DNA of 57,080 nt, filler included, from Sphacelaria rigidula (Eukaryota): assembly GCA_964200075.2 (NCBI GenBank). It is 5 parts of 5 records of this genome, joined end to end, with 100 filler letters (N's around TTAATTAATTAA, not from the genome) between each part and the next. Parts side by side here need not be neighbours in the genome. Positions count along the whole stretch, not along the records: positions 11,441 to 22,778 come from CAXNAA020005046.1; positions 22,879 to 34,213 come from CAXNAA020005047.1; 3 more parts are not named here. One strand, written 5' to 3'. The stretch's first letter is position 1; every line of letters starts with the position of its first letter. Both the position numbers and the translations under genes were made by a program. The notes beneath the pieces were generated by a model. It made no database searches and was not told the origin of the DNA. It was given only the letters and a program-made list of their open reading frames with translations. This document shows positions 11,800-23,391 of this stretch, piece by piece.

Positions 11800-12150
11800 A
11801 CGCATCCCGTGGGTCCCCCCAGTGAGATATGCTTTTCCCTACAACATATAGTATTCTAGTCTTCATCTTTTTCGGAAAACTCAAAATTTTGAATCCTTCT
11901 AGAATCCGCATCAACCGTGTTTTGATTCTCGAGGTGTCGATGTTCTCGGCGAAGTATATTTCGACGGCTCGGAAGAAGCGGCGGGTTGTACCCGCAGGGT
12001 CATGGGCCATGATATCTGCAAGTACACCGCTCGCGCGAGCTCGCGTGTGAAGGAGAACGTGTTTGTCCGTACGCCCATCGTTCTGGGTGATGGTGGAACG
12101 TACCCGTTGCCCGTCTGTCTCTTCCACACTGCTAGTATTATTGGCCATGG
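11800..12150 (-). pseudogene. Possible decayed Helitron Rep (HUH) fragment
   Basis: STITQND resembles Rep motif 1 (FxTxTxN); IMAHDPAGTTRRFFRAVEIYFAE resembles the DPV..AR.F helix; a frameshifted RLEY...THG lies where motif 2 is expected. Pattern recognition only. Confidence 0.35.
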
Positions 12151-12464
12151 TAACGATGTTTGTTGGAGTGATGCTTATGCTCTGGATTGCAGTGATGGTC
12201 AAGTAGCAGCGGTGACTGTTATGGCAGCACTAGAAGTGCCATGACCGAAATATGTATGTATGATGGCGATGATGGCCTTCAAAATCGATGGGTATAACAC
12301 GAATATGTCTACGCGAGAGATGACTACTGCAACGCATCCACATCGCCCCCCGGTTCCCCGTTTAGTGTACCCACACGCGAAATGATTCACAGCCACACCC
12401 TTTCCCGAGTTTCCTTCAGCGGGTGTTTCCGTTATTTCACCCGACTAACCCCGACGGTGTTGAG

Positions 12465-12750
12465 GGTGGGGGGTGTCATGATTTTGCATGCCGTGGTCGT
12501 TGAACCATTGACCTCGCATCCCTGCAAAGTGATGGGGCATACCGGGTTTCACCAGACCATGTGCGCGATCACCAAGCACGAAGCGCCGTGATGTGTTCGG
12601 CGAATCGAACGAGGGGTGGCCTGCATCCTGCTAATATTGTCCGGCTCGAAGCATACTAATTATCTCGCTGATGGATGACAGCCTTGAATTACTTGCCTCA
12701 TTTTCCGGTATCGCTACTCCCAGAGATAGCCACTGGTCAACTGCCTCATG
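12465..12750 (-). mobile_element. Family B repeat copy
   Basis: G-run then catgattttgcatgcc...accattgacctcgcatcc...caagcacgaagcgccgtgatgtgttcggcgaatc. Confidence 0.7.
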
Positions 12751-13232
12751 AATGTCTCACCACGGGGGGGGGTATTCTATTATGTTTTTGTGACTTCTCT
12801 GTTTTTCTCGATATGTTTTGGAGTCTCAGACGAAGGCTCCATGGGCGCTTCTATCTCATCAAAAGGAAAAGTAGTGACGGTACTGGGAAGGCGAGCCTAC
12901 GTGTGTGACCCCGGGTTGGACAGATCGGGCTCATGTGCAGAAATATTGGTGAAGTATTAGTAATATTATTATGAATGAGACGCGTTGGATACGTCTATCT
13001 CGTGTGACCTCGGCTGGATTTGTGAAGGATCAGTTGGTCTCAACGTGCGACTTTCAATCCAATCCATTCATCAAGCCAACCAGTCAGTTAGGGTAGGCTC
13101 CCCTGTCCTACTTGGAGACAGTGCTGTGTACACCACTCCAGAAAACCTTATTCTTCCTCCTTCTGCCACTCCTCGTCCTCCTCCTCTTTTGTGTGCACGC
13201 CCCTCGTCATTGTTCTCGCCGTGAACGCACAG

Positions 13233-13412
13233 AGCACTAGCCGAACTTGGCAGCATCAGCAGCAACAAGCACAGCAACAAGCATCCCTCAACAGTGGCGG
13301 CGGCGCCGGAGGTCTTTACGGTCGGACACCCTACGTTGCCGCGAGCCCTGTCCCCGTCATACCCACTGGCACACCCTCTGGTCTTCCATACTCCGTTCTC
13401 CTGCAGCAACAG
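13233..13412 (+). CDS. Gene B (PAM2/GW-repeat protein) upstream Q-rich exon, ends at a GC donor
   Basis: gcacag|AGC acceptor; 60 codons STSRTWQHQQQQAQQQ...SVLLQQQ; donor CAG|gcgagt; phase 0 joins 19627. Confidence 0.65.
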
Positions 13413-14828
13413 GCGAGTGATTGATTATCAGTGGATGTGGGGGGGGGGGCATACTTATTTGTTGCTGGCCTTCGCTGTTTGACCATTGACCACGAATCCA
13501 TTTCGAGACGGAGCACCGTTCCTACTCCTAGTAGAGACACCTTCAACATTCCGGCGCTCATTACGTTTCTTCCTTACATTTCACAAAAAACCCTTCATGT
13601 ATCTTATCCCCGTCCTGTTTCGCCGCCTCTGGCCCTCATCTATCTCCTAGTGTAGCCATCGTTTTCTCGCCGCTGTCTACTGCAACAAACAATTTCATGC
13701 CACCTTTGTTCACGTCCCGCATTTTCTCCTCTAGCACGTCCCGTTCCTCGTTGTGTGTTGTTCACATTCTGCCACTAAATGACTTCTGCTCTCTATTGCT
13801 TTGTCACAGGGGCAGTTCTGTCCATCTGCTCTCTCCTCCATACGACTACTGGTGAATATATTTCTTCCTGGCAGGTTCAGGTCGCCCACCCGAGATCGCA
13901 GTTTCACTTTTTTCGCTGTGTTCATTAGGCCATGCAGAGATGTTTTCTTCCCGATTCTCCCTCTTAACCCCCGTATATCTTCAGGTGTTCTTCCTCGTCT
14001 AGTTCACGTCTGAGGGCTCATTTTCCCCTTATTTCTATAATGTCCCTCACTCTTGTCTTGTACCCCGCGCCTTCATCTATGGACAGTATTTCGTCTTGGT
14101 TTCCTCCTATCTCCTTCCGTACTTTCTCACGACTCTTTCATCCCACCTATTCCAGCATGCCCTTCCGCACTTTTCTTCCATATAATACAGCCCCATCAAC
14201 TATAGCTAGCAATCTCTTTCTCTGCATGTTCTTCAAGCTATATTGCCACCTCAATTTCCTCATGTCTGTTTGGTTATAAGTGCGTACATTCCCAACTCTA
14301 CTCTCAATGCTGTATGTACTCGTCATTTTCGAGCATTCCAGTATCTCCTTAGCTGCTGCCATCTGTTCTGTGTCCAACTTCTTCACCAACTCCACGTTCC
14401 CCTCCCTTACTTCTTCTGCATATTCCAGCTTTGGTACGATTGCGTTCATCAGGATACATGTCTTGATCCTAGTGTCTACGTGCGAGTCTCTGAGGACCAC
14501 GTCCATCATTCCTATCTGTGCCTTACCCTGTTCTATTAATTTATTTATGTGTGCATCCCAAGAACAGTACAATGTTTCGAGACCTGTACACCGAGGTATT
14601 TATACTGGTTTACAATCGGCAGTTCCTCTCTTCCCCACTTGAATTTGAACTTGACCGGATTTTTCTTATCTTCGTCACATACGAGTACCGCGCATTTGTT
14701 GACGTTCGCTGTCACTTTTCATTTCCTAGTGTATTCCAGAGCCTTTTTTATTTGTTTTTGCAATCCTTCTGCGGTTCCTGAAATCCCCTCAAAATCATCT
14801 GCGAAAATAGAACCTGGTGTCACATCTT

Positions 14829-17028
14829 CACAGGCACCGTAGGTAAGGTAGGTACCCGGTACCAGTATTTGGGACATCTCATACCATACCAATGCCGGTC
14901 CAATTGGGTATTTTCAAATGGCAAACCTACGATACCCACAATACCGTGGTATTTCGAGATTTCAATATCTACCGTACCCGCACGATCGGGTATTTCATAT
15001 GTCGTACGATACCTACGATACCACGGTATTTTGTGATTCCAGTACCTACCGTACCCGCTCGATCGGGTATTTTCAAAACTCATACCTACGATACCCCGGT
15101 AAATGCCGGGGGTATACCCGGTAATACCGGACGCGATGCACTCCCCCCCGGTGTAGCAGCTGATCCCAACTTGTTATGCAAAAGCCAGAAGTTGTCGGAG
15201 CAGGTAAGTCTTGTTCTCACAAGTAATATACACCCGGGTTCCCCCTGATTCGCGTGTTTGTATCAATTTGAATGAACTCATGATTGCGTAGTCTGAAAAG
15301 CAGTCGTTTTCTTTCTCGATCAGATAGAGTCACCGCATTTCTGCCCTTCGAAGGCTCTAACTCCTATTTGTTTAGCTCGGAAATGGTACCAGTTATAACT
15401 GGCCATTATCATTAAAATGGTAATAATGGTAATGGACTGTTGCCGAGATAGCCCCCCCCCCCCAAACCGGCCGAAAACGTGCACGGAGGCGATGATCATA
15501 ACTGCCGTTGAAGCTGGTATCGTGCTGTACGACGCGATTGATTTGGGCGTTATAGCTGATTTTGGACTGCTACGCGCCTCTCATGTGGGCTATCTCGGCA
15601 TTAGTCAATGGTTCTATGAAAGTTTTGGATAATGGTTTCAAAACCATTTTTTTGCCGTTACCGGCCACGTGTGCTACATACAGCCGTTGAAAACTGGCCC
15701 AAATCGAACGTATTTTTAAGCTCTCGTGAAGCCTAATCGTGTAAAAACGTGCTTCCCGCACGGCGGGGCCCCCTCTACCGGGGATATTTTTGGCTGGCGG
15801 CTGCGCCGCTCGATGACCAAACCATTATGTACCATTTAACTGGTTTTTGAGTGCGCTACGCGTAACCATTCAACTGGCTAATGGTTAGACGAACCATTTC
15901 CGAGCTCTACCAATTTGTAATTAGTGGCGCGCGGAGAAAAGTACAAAACAAGGAATCTAAGCTTCTTACGATCGAAAACATGCGGTCGAAAGGCACGGAG
16001 CGGCACTTGACTCCTATCTTACGGACCACCACGCCAGATAACACCCGTTCACAGAACCATGCTAACTCCATCCAACTCGTTCTCAGCTACCATCCCAACC
16101 CTGCAGCATCGAGTACGATTTGAGCACAGGGATAAAAACGCTGCAGTAGTTGGATATGCTTTGTTTATTTTTCATGGGCGAAAACTTGCGCATCTTCTTT
16201 CATGGCGGGATCAGCGACGGAACTGCGTGGTACGGTGGGCAACCGATTAAGGTGGACGCTCATAGACAGCGCAGACAGTACAAAAGCTGCACGTTGTTGA
16301 AGTCCTTTTCACGTCGCATTGTCAGCAGAGAGAACTGATAGTCCTGGACTGTCTGTACTGCACGTTGCCCGCTCCTCTTGAAAATCTTACTGTACGAAAC
16401 ACGCACACACGCACTCGAGACACGCTGCGTGTAAGCAGTGCAGACAGCACAGACTGTCTGTACTGTACAAGAGTGACCATGTACCCGTTTCATGAATTTC
16501 ACCGCTTTTTTTCGGTCGAAAGCTTGAAAGTTCGATTGGACCCAACTCGATAAAAACGTGCGATTTTCGCTCAAATCAAGTCCACCGCCACATTCTTTCG
16601 ATATATATATATATATATATATATATTTGCCGACACCGCCCTGGAACGCTTCTCCGCACTGCCGGATGATAGTTTTGAATTCGGTATAGAGGGTAAGGTG
16701 GGTACCCGGTACTGGTATTTGGGACATCTCATACCCTATCGATACCGACCCAATCGTATATTTTCAAATGCCATACCTACGATACCCACGATACCACGGT
16801 ATTTCGAGATTTCAATGCCTACGGTCCCCGCTCGATCGGGTATTTTCATATTTCATACCTACGATACCTACGATACCACGGTATTTCGAGATGGCAATAC
16901 CTACCGTACCCGCTCAATCAGGTATTCTCAAAACGCATACTTACGATACCCACGCATACCACGGTATGGGATACCCCGGTAAATACCGGGGGTACGCTCG
17001 GTACGGTACCTTACCTGCGGTTCCTGTG
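14829..17028. mobile_element. 2.2-kb non-autonomous hAT-like element inserted in the LINE
   Basis: TIR cacagg(c/a)accg(t/c)aggtaaggta; TSD cacatctt/cttatctt (6/8 match). Removing the element and one 8-bp TSD restores the RT frame VGEDVTPGSIFADD. Confidence 0.85.
15371..15909. mobile_element. 539-bp hAT-like MITE nested in the 2.2-kb element
   Basis: TIR core agctcggaaatggt (15374-15387) / accatttccgagct (15893-15906); TSD cctatttg/ccaatttg (7/8 match); internal aatggt/accatt motifs. Confidence 0.75.
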
Positions 17029-17875
17029 CTTATCTTCACCCACCTTGACTCCTTGGTTTACTTCTTCTATCGCCAATATCAGGCCATTAATGAATACCTC
17101 GAACAAAGTGGGTGATAACGTATATCCCTGTGCAACTCCTTGTAAAATATAAAAATAGCTCGATATTTCCCCGTCTAGTATCGTAGCACTTTTGGCACAT
17201 TCTCTCATCTTCTTCACCATTCTCCACATCTTTCCTCTGATCCCAGTTTCCCACAACTTTTTCCACAGCCCATTTCTTCATACTGTATCATAGGCCTTTT
17301 GCACGTCCAGAGTGGCTGTCAGCCCGGCGTCTTTCCTACCTTGAATACTCTTACCTAGTGTGTACACACGGTCTACGCAACTACGGTTTGGCGTAAAACC
17401 TGCTTGTCCCTCGCTGATTCTCTCTTCCTGGTCTAGCATCGTTCCTACCCCATCATTCAGAATCTTACACAACGGTTTCCATACCGTGCTCAGTAGGGTT
17501 GTCCCTCTGTAGTTCCCTGGGTCAGCCTTGTCTCCTTTTTTGAAAAGGTTGACGACTACTCTTTATTTCCACCTCTTGGGTGTGTACTCGTCTCCCCATA
17601 TCCAGTTGTTTTGTATAACCATCCTGGTAACCATCCCTTCCCCCCCGTACTTCAGAAAATCATTCACTATTCCGTCTGCCCCTGCTGGCTTTTTGTTCTC
17701 GGCTTTAGCTGCACACTCCTCTACTTCATCTCTGGTGAACTTTCTCTGCAATTCGTTCGGGCCACTATCCTCCCGTTTTGTCGTCTCTACATTTTTCTCC
17801 TGCCCACGCGTTGATTTCTTTTTCGAATTCCATGTTGAAGTCCGTGGTTGTTTTTGGAGTTCCTAGTTTACGGTA

Positions 17876-18777
17876 CAGTAGTTAGCGTCAGAAGTATGCA
17901 TCATTCGTCTTCTCTTAGTTTATCAAGGATTTTCCAAATTCGTTTCGCTGGCCACCGCTCATCAATAGGACTGTTGGATGCCAAAAAATGGGCATCCGGA
18001 GATTTTTCATTCATCTTCACAAATATTATAAAAAGAAGATCTGCAATCAATATTGATCGACTTACGGGCTTGACGGATCTTCGGGGGTCCTGCGAAAGTG
18101 CAACCCCAGATTCTGGCTTTTCGATATTTTCGGTGGACCGACTCCATCCCGATCATATAAGTGAAGACTCAAATATGATTATTTTTTTGAAGTTCCGTCT
18201 ATTCACTGCGCTAAAGCCGGAAAGCCATGTTTTTTTACCAATTACGGTCACTAACACCCTCCTGATAAATGGGGTCTATACTCCGTATAGTCCCCACAAC
18301 ACCAACTTGGGCATTGTGATTCGAGCAGGGCCTGCGTATTTTGCCGAAACTATCGACGCCAGCACTTTCGAGTGCTCATGGAAAATGTCATGCGAAAAAA
18401 GCCGAAAAGAGGCCATCCGCAGAAAATGCTAGACTCAGGTCTGTGCGGTATAGGAGGGAACCACGATCTCAATCGTTATTGTGAAGAATTGTATACGTAT
18501 TCATTTATCCGAATATTTACCGTTTTGTTGCGCAAAAGCCGGAAAACTGTTCTTATTGGACCAAAAACGGTCAATTGCACCCTCCTGATAAATAGGGTAT
18601 ATAGTCCGTATCGCCCCAAAAACACCAATTTGGGCATTGCAGTTTGAGCGCAGCCTACGCTTTCCCTCTAAGTCTTCCGGCGCTAGCACTTTCAAGTAGT
18701 AGTGAAAAATAGTACTCGAGGAAAACGCAAGAGCTACAACAAGTACGAATCCTGAAGACTTCTGATGCTGACTACTA
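17876..18777. mobile_element. 902-bp Tc1/mariner (pogo-like) MITE inserted in the LINE
   Basis: TIR cagtagttagcgtcagaagt / acttctgatgctgactacta; TA TSD; excision restores LINE frame LVEHYRKLG; internal direct repeat of about 110 bp (about 18213-18326 and 18536-18649). Confidence 0.85.
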
Positions 18778-19626
18778 TAGTGCTCGACTAGCACTTCTCT
18801 CTTCCCCTTCGAACTACTGACCATTTTACCGTTCTGTCCCTTGAGTGTGGTTGTCCTCTTGTCCGTCTTTCCTGCCTGGTTTCCCATAATCCGTTTTATC
18901 TCTGCCCACATTCTTTTCATCCCGCCACCGAAATCTTCCTTTGCTTCAATCACGACATCTTCCCATACTTCCTCTTTTTTCTGCTGTACCGTATTTTTCA
19001 CTTCCTTTCGAGCTGTAGTATACTCCTCCCATCCTACCGCACCTTTGCTTGATATCCACCTCGCTGGGTCTCTCTCCTTACTCTCTAAGCCTCTTTCACT
19101 TCCTCATCCCACCATTTTACTTCATGGGTGGTGGTGGGGGAGGGGGGAGGGGGGAGGGGGGGGGAGTCGTGGACCTCCTACATCGACGGCAGATCGCAAC
19201 ATATCACCAAATGTACTGGACGTTGCTGTGCCGTTCTTGGGAACGCTCCAGACCGTTCTGCGGACCTCACTAAAGATGCGAGTACCTCAGGTGGCTGCTA
19301 GAACCACGTTTTGTGTTGGAGGGAATTGCGATTAAAACCCCCCCGATGAAAACGAAGCGCGTGGTAAGTCATGCGTCGTTACCATGCGGGCTTCAGTACG
19401 TCTCCGAAGCGTGGATAAAAATTTCGTTTTCGCTCTCGCGCCCCTATTCAGGTGTCGCACTAGTTCTCGTGGGGCTGTACTGTATTGCTACAGAAGAAGC
19501 AAGTCGTTCGCAAACGCTTCGAAGACGAGATATGAAGTACCATCTCTTCGTGCTCGCAGTTTTATGGCTGTGCTAACGAAGGGCCACATGTTTCGACCCC
19601 CGCCTCCCTGTTCTTGATTCACTCAG

Positions 19627-21129
19627 GCCGCGTACAACGCTTTAGCAGGGATCGGGGCAAACACCGCGAATTTGATGGCCACAGCAGGCGGCGGCGGCGG
19701 TCCGAGACACAGCCCGGTCCTATCCCCCGCTGCACCGGCTTTTAATGCGCACGCAACGGCCGCCGGTGTGGTAAGCTCCGGGATGGGGGTCGGTGCCGGC
19801 TACGGTAGCAGTGCGATCAGTGGTACTGACGCAACCAGCACCACCAGATCTACCCCGCCTCTTTCTTCTACAGCTCCGGAGTTCAACGTGAACGGTACTG
19901 TCGCCACCACCGCCGCCGTCGGCCGGAGCGTTGAGTTACGGCCGAACCCTCCGCCAGGAGTTCAGGTAGATGGCGTCCCCGCCGCCCCTGGACTGTCGTC
20001 GCAAGCACAGCCTTACCAGCCCTCTGGCATGGTGCCAGCGCCGACAAACAACGCGCAGCCACCGCCGCCACCGCCGCCGCAGCAGCAGCGACAGCCTCCC
20101 CCGCCTGCCGCGATGCCAGCCAGCTTACACGCACAATCGCAGCCGCTGCCGCCGCCGCCGCCACCACCACCGCCGCCGCCGTCGGGGCCGCCACCCACAG
20201 TCACCGCCGCTCCCCCCCAGCAATCATCGACGTCAGGTGGATGGGGTGACGGCAGCAACTCTCCTCCTCCGCAGCACCAACAGGCACCAGCTCCTTCGCC
20301 GGCAGCATCAGGGTGGGACGCAGAGCCACAGCCGAAGACGGTGGCAACAAGTGAACCTTCGGGTTCTGGGTGGGAGGACAGTGGGGGTATCCCTGCCGCC
20401 GGTGGTGACGGCGCCCGCGCAACTCCTTCGCAGTCCGGGTGGGGAGACTCGGAACATTCTGGTGAGGTCGCCACGGCGGTTGCTCCCTCCGCAACTCCTT
20501 CGCAATCGGGATGGGGGGATTCGGAACAGTCTGCTGCGGCCTCTACGGTAGCTGCTGCCCCCGCTGCTGCCCAGTCGTCCTCTGGGTGGGGCTCTCCGGA
20601 GAATCCTCCCACTGCCGCCGCCGCGCCCGCGGCCATCCAGTCATCCTCTGGTTGGGGATCTCCGGAGAACCCCTCTGCTGTCGCCGCCGCGCCGGCGGCC
20701 GTGCAATCATCCTCTGGTTGGGGATCTCCGGAGAACCCCTCTGCTGTCGCCGCCGCGCCCGCGGCCGTGCAATCATCCTCTGGGTGGGGTTCTCCGGAGA
20801 ATCCCCCTAGTGCCGCCGCCGCGCCCGAGGCCGTCCAGTCATCCTCTGGGTGGGGATCTCCGGAGAATCTTCCCCCTGCCGCCGCCTCGTCTGCGCCAGG
20901 CGGCGGGTGGGGCGCACCCGAGCACCACAATGACGCGAGTGCCAGTAGCGGCGCCGGCAGGGGCGATATGGCGGAGAGATCTGGGTGGGGAGATGATACC
21001 GGCAACGGGAGTGCGCGGGGCGTTGGTGGGTCCTCGGGAAGGGGGTGGGGTGGGGACGATGGGGGCGGGCAGGCGACAGAACAGGGGACAGCAGACGGGG
21101 AATCGGGCTGGGGTAACGCCGATGACCAT
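19627..21129 (+). CDS. Gene B main exon: three PAM2-like motifs, Pro/Gln tract, 14 GW motifs (putative Argonaute-hook protein)
   Basis: actcag|GCC acceptor; 501 open codons; CAT|gtgagg donor; LSPAAPAF, LSSTAPEF, LSSQAQPYQP; repeated SGWG in S/G/A/P/E-rich context. Confidence 0.88.
20572..20880 (+). repeat. Coding tandem repeat, 66-nt (22-aa) unit QSSSGWGSPENPSAVAAAPAAV, about 5 copies
   Basis: Five SSSGWGSPEN units at 66-nt spacing with synonymous variation. Confidence 0.9.
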
Positions 21130-21463
21130 GTGAGGAGGGTAGGGTCAAGCGTTTTGTTTTGGTCGGCTCGTGGCTGTGGTGCTCGTGATTTCGATGTCAG
21201 TGGACAATCATAGTTGCAGCACTTGAGTTTTTGTTTGATTCATCTCATCATTTTTTGAAGTCATTCTGGTGTTTTTTTTTTTTATGGCAGTGGGCGTAGG
21301 AGCCAACTTCGAAACTGCCAGCTGTTTTGTGAAGAATATTCGGTCAACTGTTGACACATCCAAGATAAGGACACAGAGACTGTGGCGCCCCTCTTGAGAA
21401 ACGTCTTTTCCGTCAAACTTCTCGATCCTTTCGACCCCTACGGACTGGTGCTCTCATCATCAG

Positions 21464-21678
21464 GCCCCCGCCGCAGCACCAGCTAGTTCTGGGTGGGGAG
21501 AAACTGCTACCAGCAATAACGACGACAGTTCTTTTGGCGGTTGGAACACATCGACTGCCGCTAACACCAGCAACAGCGATGCTTCTGCGGGGTGGACCAC
21601 CGTGGGTACAGGTGGGAACAGAACGAGCGAAAAGCCGAAAACTGCCTTTGTTGATTGGTTGCCATCTCTCTTGGCTAC
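21464..21678 (+). CDS. Gene B next exon (3 more GW motifs, then a hydrophobic segment)
   Basis: catcag|GCC acceptor, phase 0; APAAAPASSGWGET...FGGWNT...AGWTT...FVDWLPSLLA; AC|gtatgt donor; not in the ORF track; the gene continues off the contig. Confidence 0.8.
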
Positions 21679-22466
21679 GTATGTTCGCGGTGGCTTTGTT
21701 GCCATCGCATTTTTTGTTGTACTACTACGATGATGCAGCAATTGGAGAGATGAAACATTTTCCCCTACGTGATTGATTCGCAATAGAATGATGTGCCCCC
21801 TTTTGCGATACCAATTTTGAGAATTTAAACGTGTGGCGAATTTTTAGCAACTGATGCGGACCTAAAAACACCGTCTCCGAAGTGAAGCAAGACGGAGATC
21901 GCCATTCCTCGATCCGTTGTTCCCAAAAGCATTCCAGAACATTTTTGTTTCTACAGGGCACAACATTGCCCCGAAAAAACACACTAGAATACACGGTATA
22001 TGATGGATCGCGAACTTCGGACAGTAATGTGCCCTCCGACAATCAGAGCGTTTTGATGAAGGTGGGTTAATCTGAACATGCCCGCCCTCGTCTTGGTGTA
22101 CCCCCGGCGCGAACTCGCACCCGAGGCATACCGAGAACCCTCGAGCAAGGGTGTCCAGAAGATATCCCTGCGAATGTGGGCGTTGGTGGAGCTGAAATGA
22201 GTGCGCCGCCGCAGGGGCAAAATCAACTAGTACTCATGCCGCGTTTTTTGTTTTTTCTCATGCTGGCGAGTAGTTTGGACTGCAAGCCCCCCCCCCCCAC
22301 ACACATGAGAACGCCCCCCACCCACTTCAAAAGATCCAGGTGTGGTCATACCGCAGAACCAAGAGGGTTACAACAACGGATTTTGGCCATATGTGGGGAT
22401 TACTTGTACTGACTTATTTTCTTCGCATACGTGGTGGAATCATCCGTATGTCCACTCAGGGTGTGA

Positions 22467-22660
22467 GAAGGGCAGGTCGGGTGGAGTATACCCGATTTTT
22501 TGCTATTTTGATGCGTGGAGAATCCGACCCATGCACAGCAGCAGCCAACCCAGTGCTGATGTCTAAAGCCCATCCAAGGCATTGTGGCTGACTCGGGCAG
22601 CTGATGTGCGACGTATCAAAACACCAAAGTGTCGGGTACACCCAACCCGACCTGCCCTTT
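22467..22660. mobile_element. Short hAT-type MITE sharing TIRs with 43291-44388
   Basis: aagggcaggtcgggt ... acccgacctgccctt; TSD poorly preserved. Confidence 0.7.
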
Positions 22661-22674
22661 CAGTGTTGAGTCTG

Positions 22675-22738
<64 letters not shown>

Positions 22739-23391
22739 ACCCAATATACACTCGTGCAAATAGAAAAGCCTGTATTTTNNNNNNNNNNNNNNNNNNNNNN
22801 NNNNNNNNNNNNNNNNNNNNNNTTAATTAATTAANNNNNNNNNNNNNNNNNNNNNNNNNNNNNNNNNNNNNNNNNNNNCACGGTCAGAGCTGGGATCGAT
22901 GTGGGGGTTGGGTGGCGTCCCGGGGGGGGGCGGGGGGGGGCGGGGGGGGGGGGGGGGGTGTTAGCCTCCGAAAGTGTTCGGGTTGTTGTAAGACCATATA
23001 CAACTTATCTTCATTTATTTTTTTCCCATCGGGATAGACTTCATTTATGTATAGACAGTACGGTCGTGAGCAATGCACCGGAGTAGAGTGTGTGTCATGC
23101 GCGGAGAAGGCCTTCTAGGGTTCTCTTCGAACCGACGGGACGGGTCCTCGACGTCTCTGACTAGCTAGACTGACTAGCTTCATTTTTACATCACGAAGAA
23201 TCGGCGCACCTCTTGGAGAAATCATTTTCTTGATGCCTTTCCAGCGATTCGCTCATCCAATTTCTTCTTGGCTTTCCTTGAGATGAAAAAAGCAACGTTG
23301 GAAAAAGATCGCTCTCGAGAGACGGTTGATGAGTACCTCCCTCCCCCCCCCCCTCTCTCGAGATTGCTGCGATATTACGTCACTATGTTTT

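Larger units (their letters stand above)
13450..19125 (-). mobile_element. 5'-truncated decayed LINE (RT plus C-terminal CCHC) in three pieces: 13450-14828, 17029-17875, 18778-19125
   Basis: RT motifs KPAGADGI, PGNYRGTTLLS, EGQAGFTPNRSCVD, LDVQKAYDTV, GVAQGYTLSPTLF and FADD (14794-14805); CPCDKAIESRSHLVAEC; stops and frameshifts; 3' end abuts the G-run at 13439-13449. Confidence 0.92.

Noticed and set aside
14892-15248. Repetitive ORFs (TIPTIPRYF, YRTRSIGYF), also 16698-17115
   Set aside because: Translations of MITE subterminal repeat motifs, open in several frames and on both strands.
20013-21005. 330-aa antisense ORF and other long overlapping ORFs on GC-rich exons
   Set aside because: Shadow frames of GC-rich repetitive coding sequence; splice signals support only the + frame.
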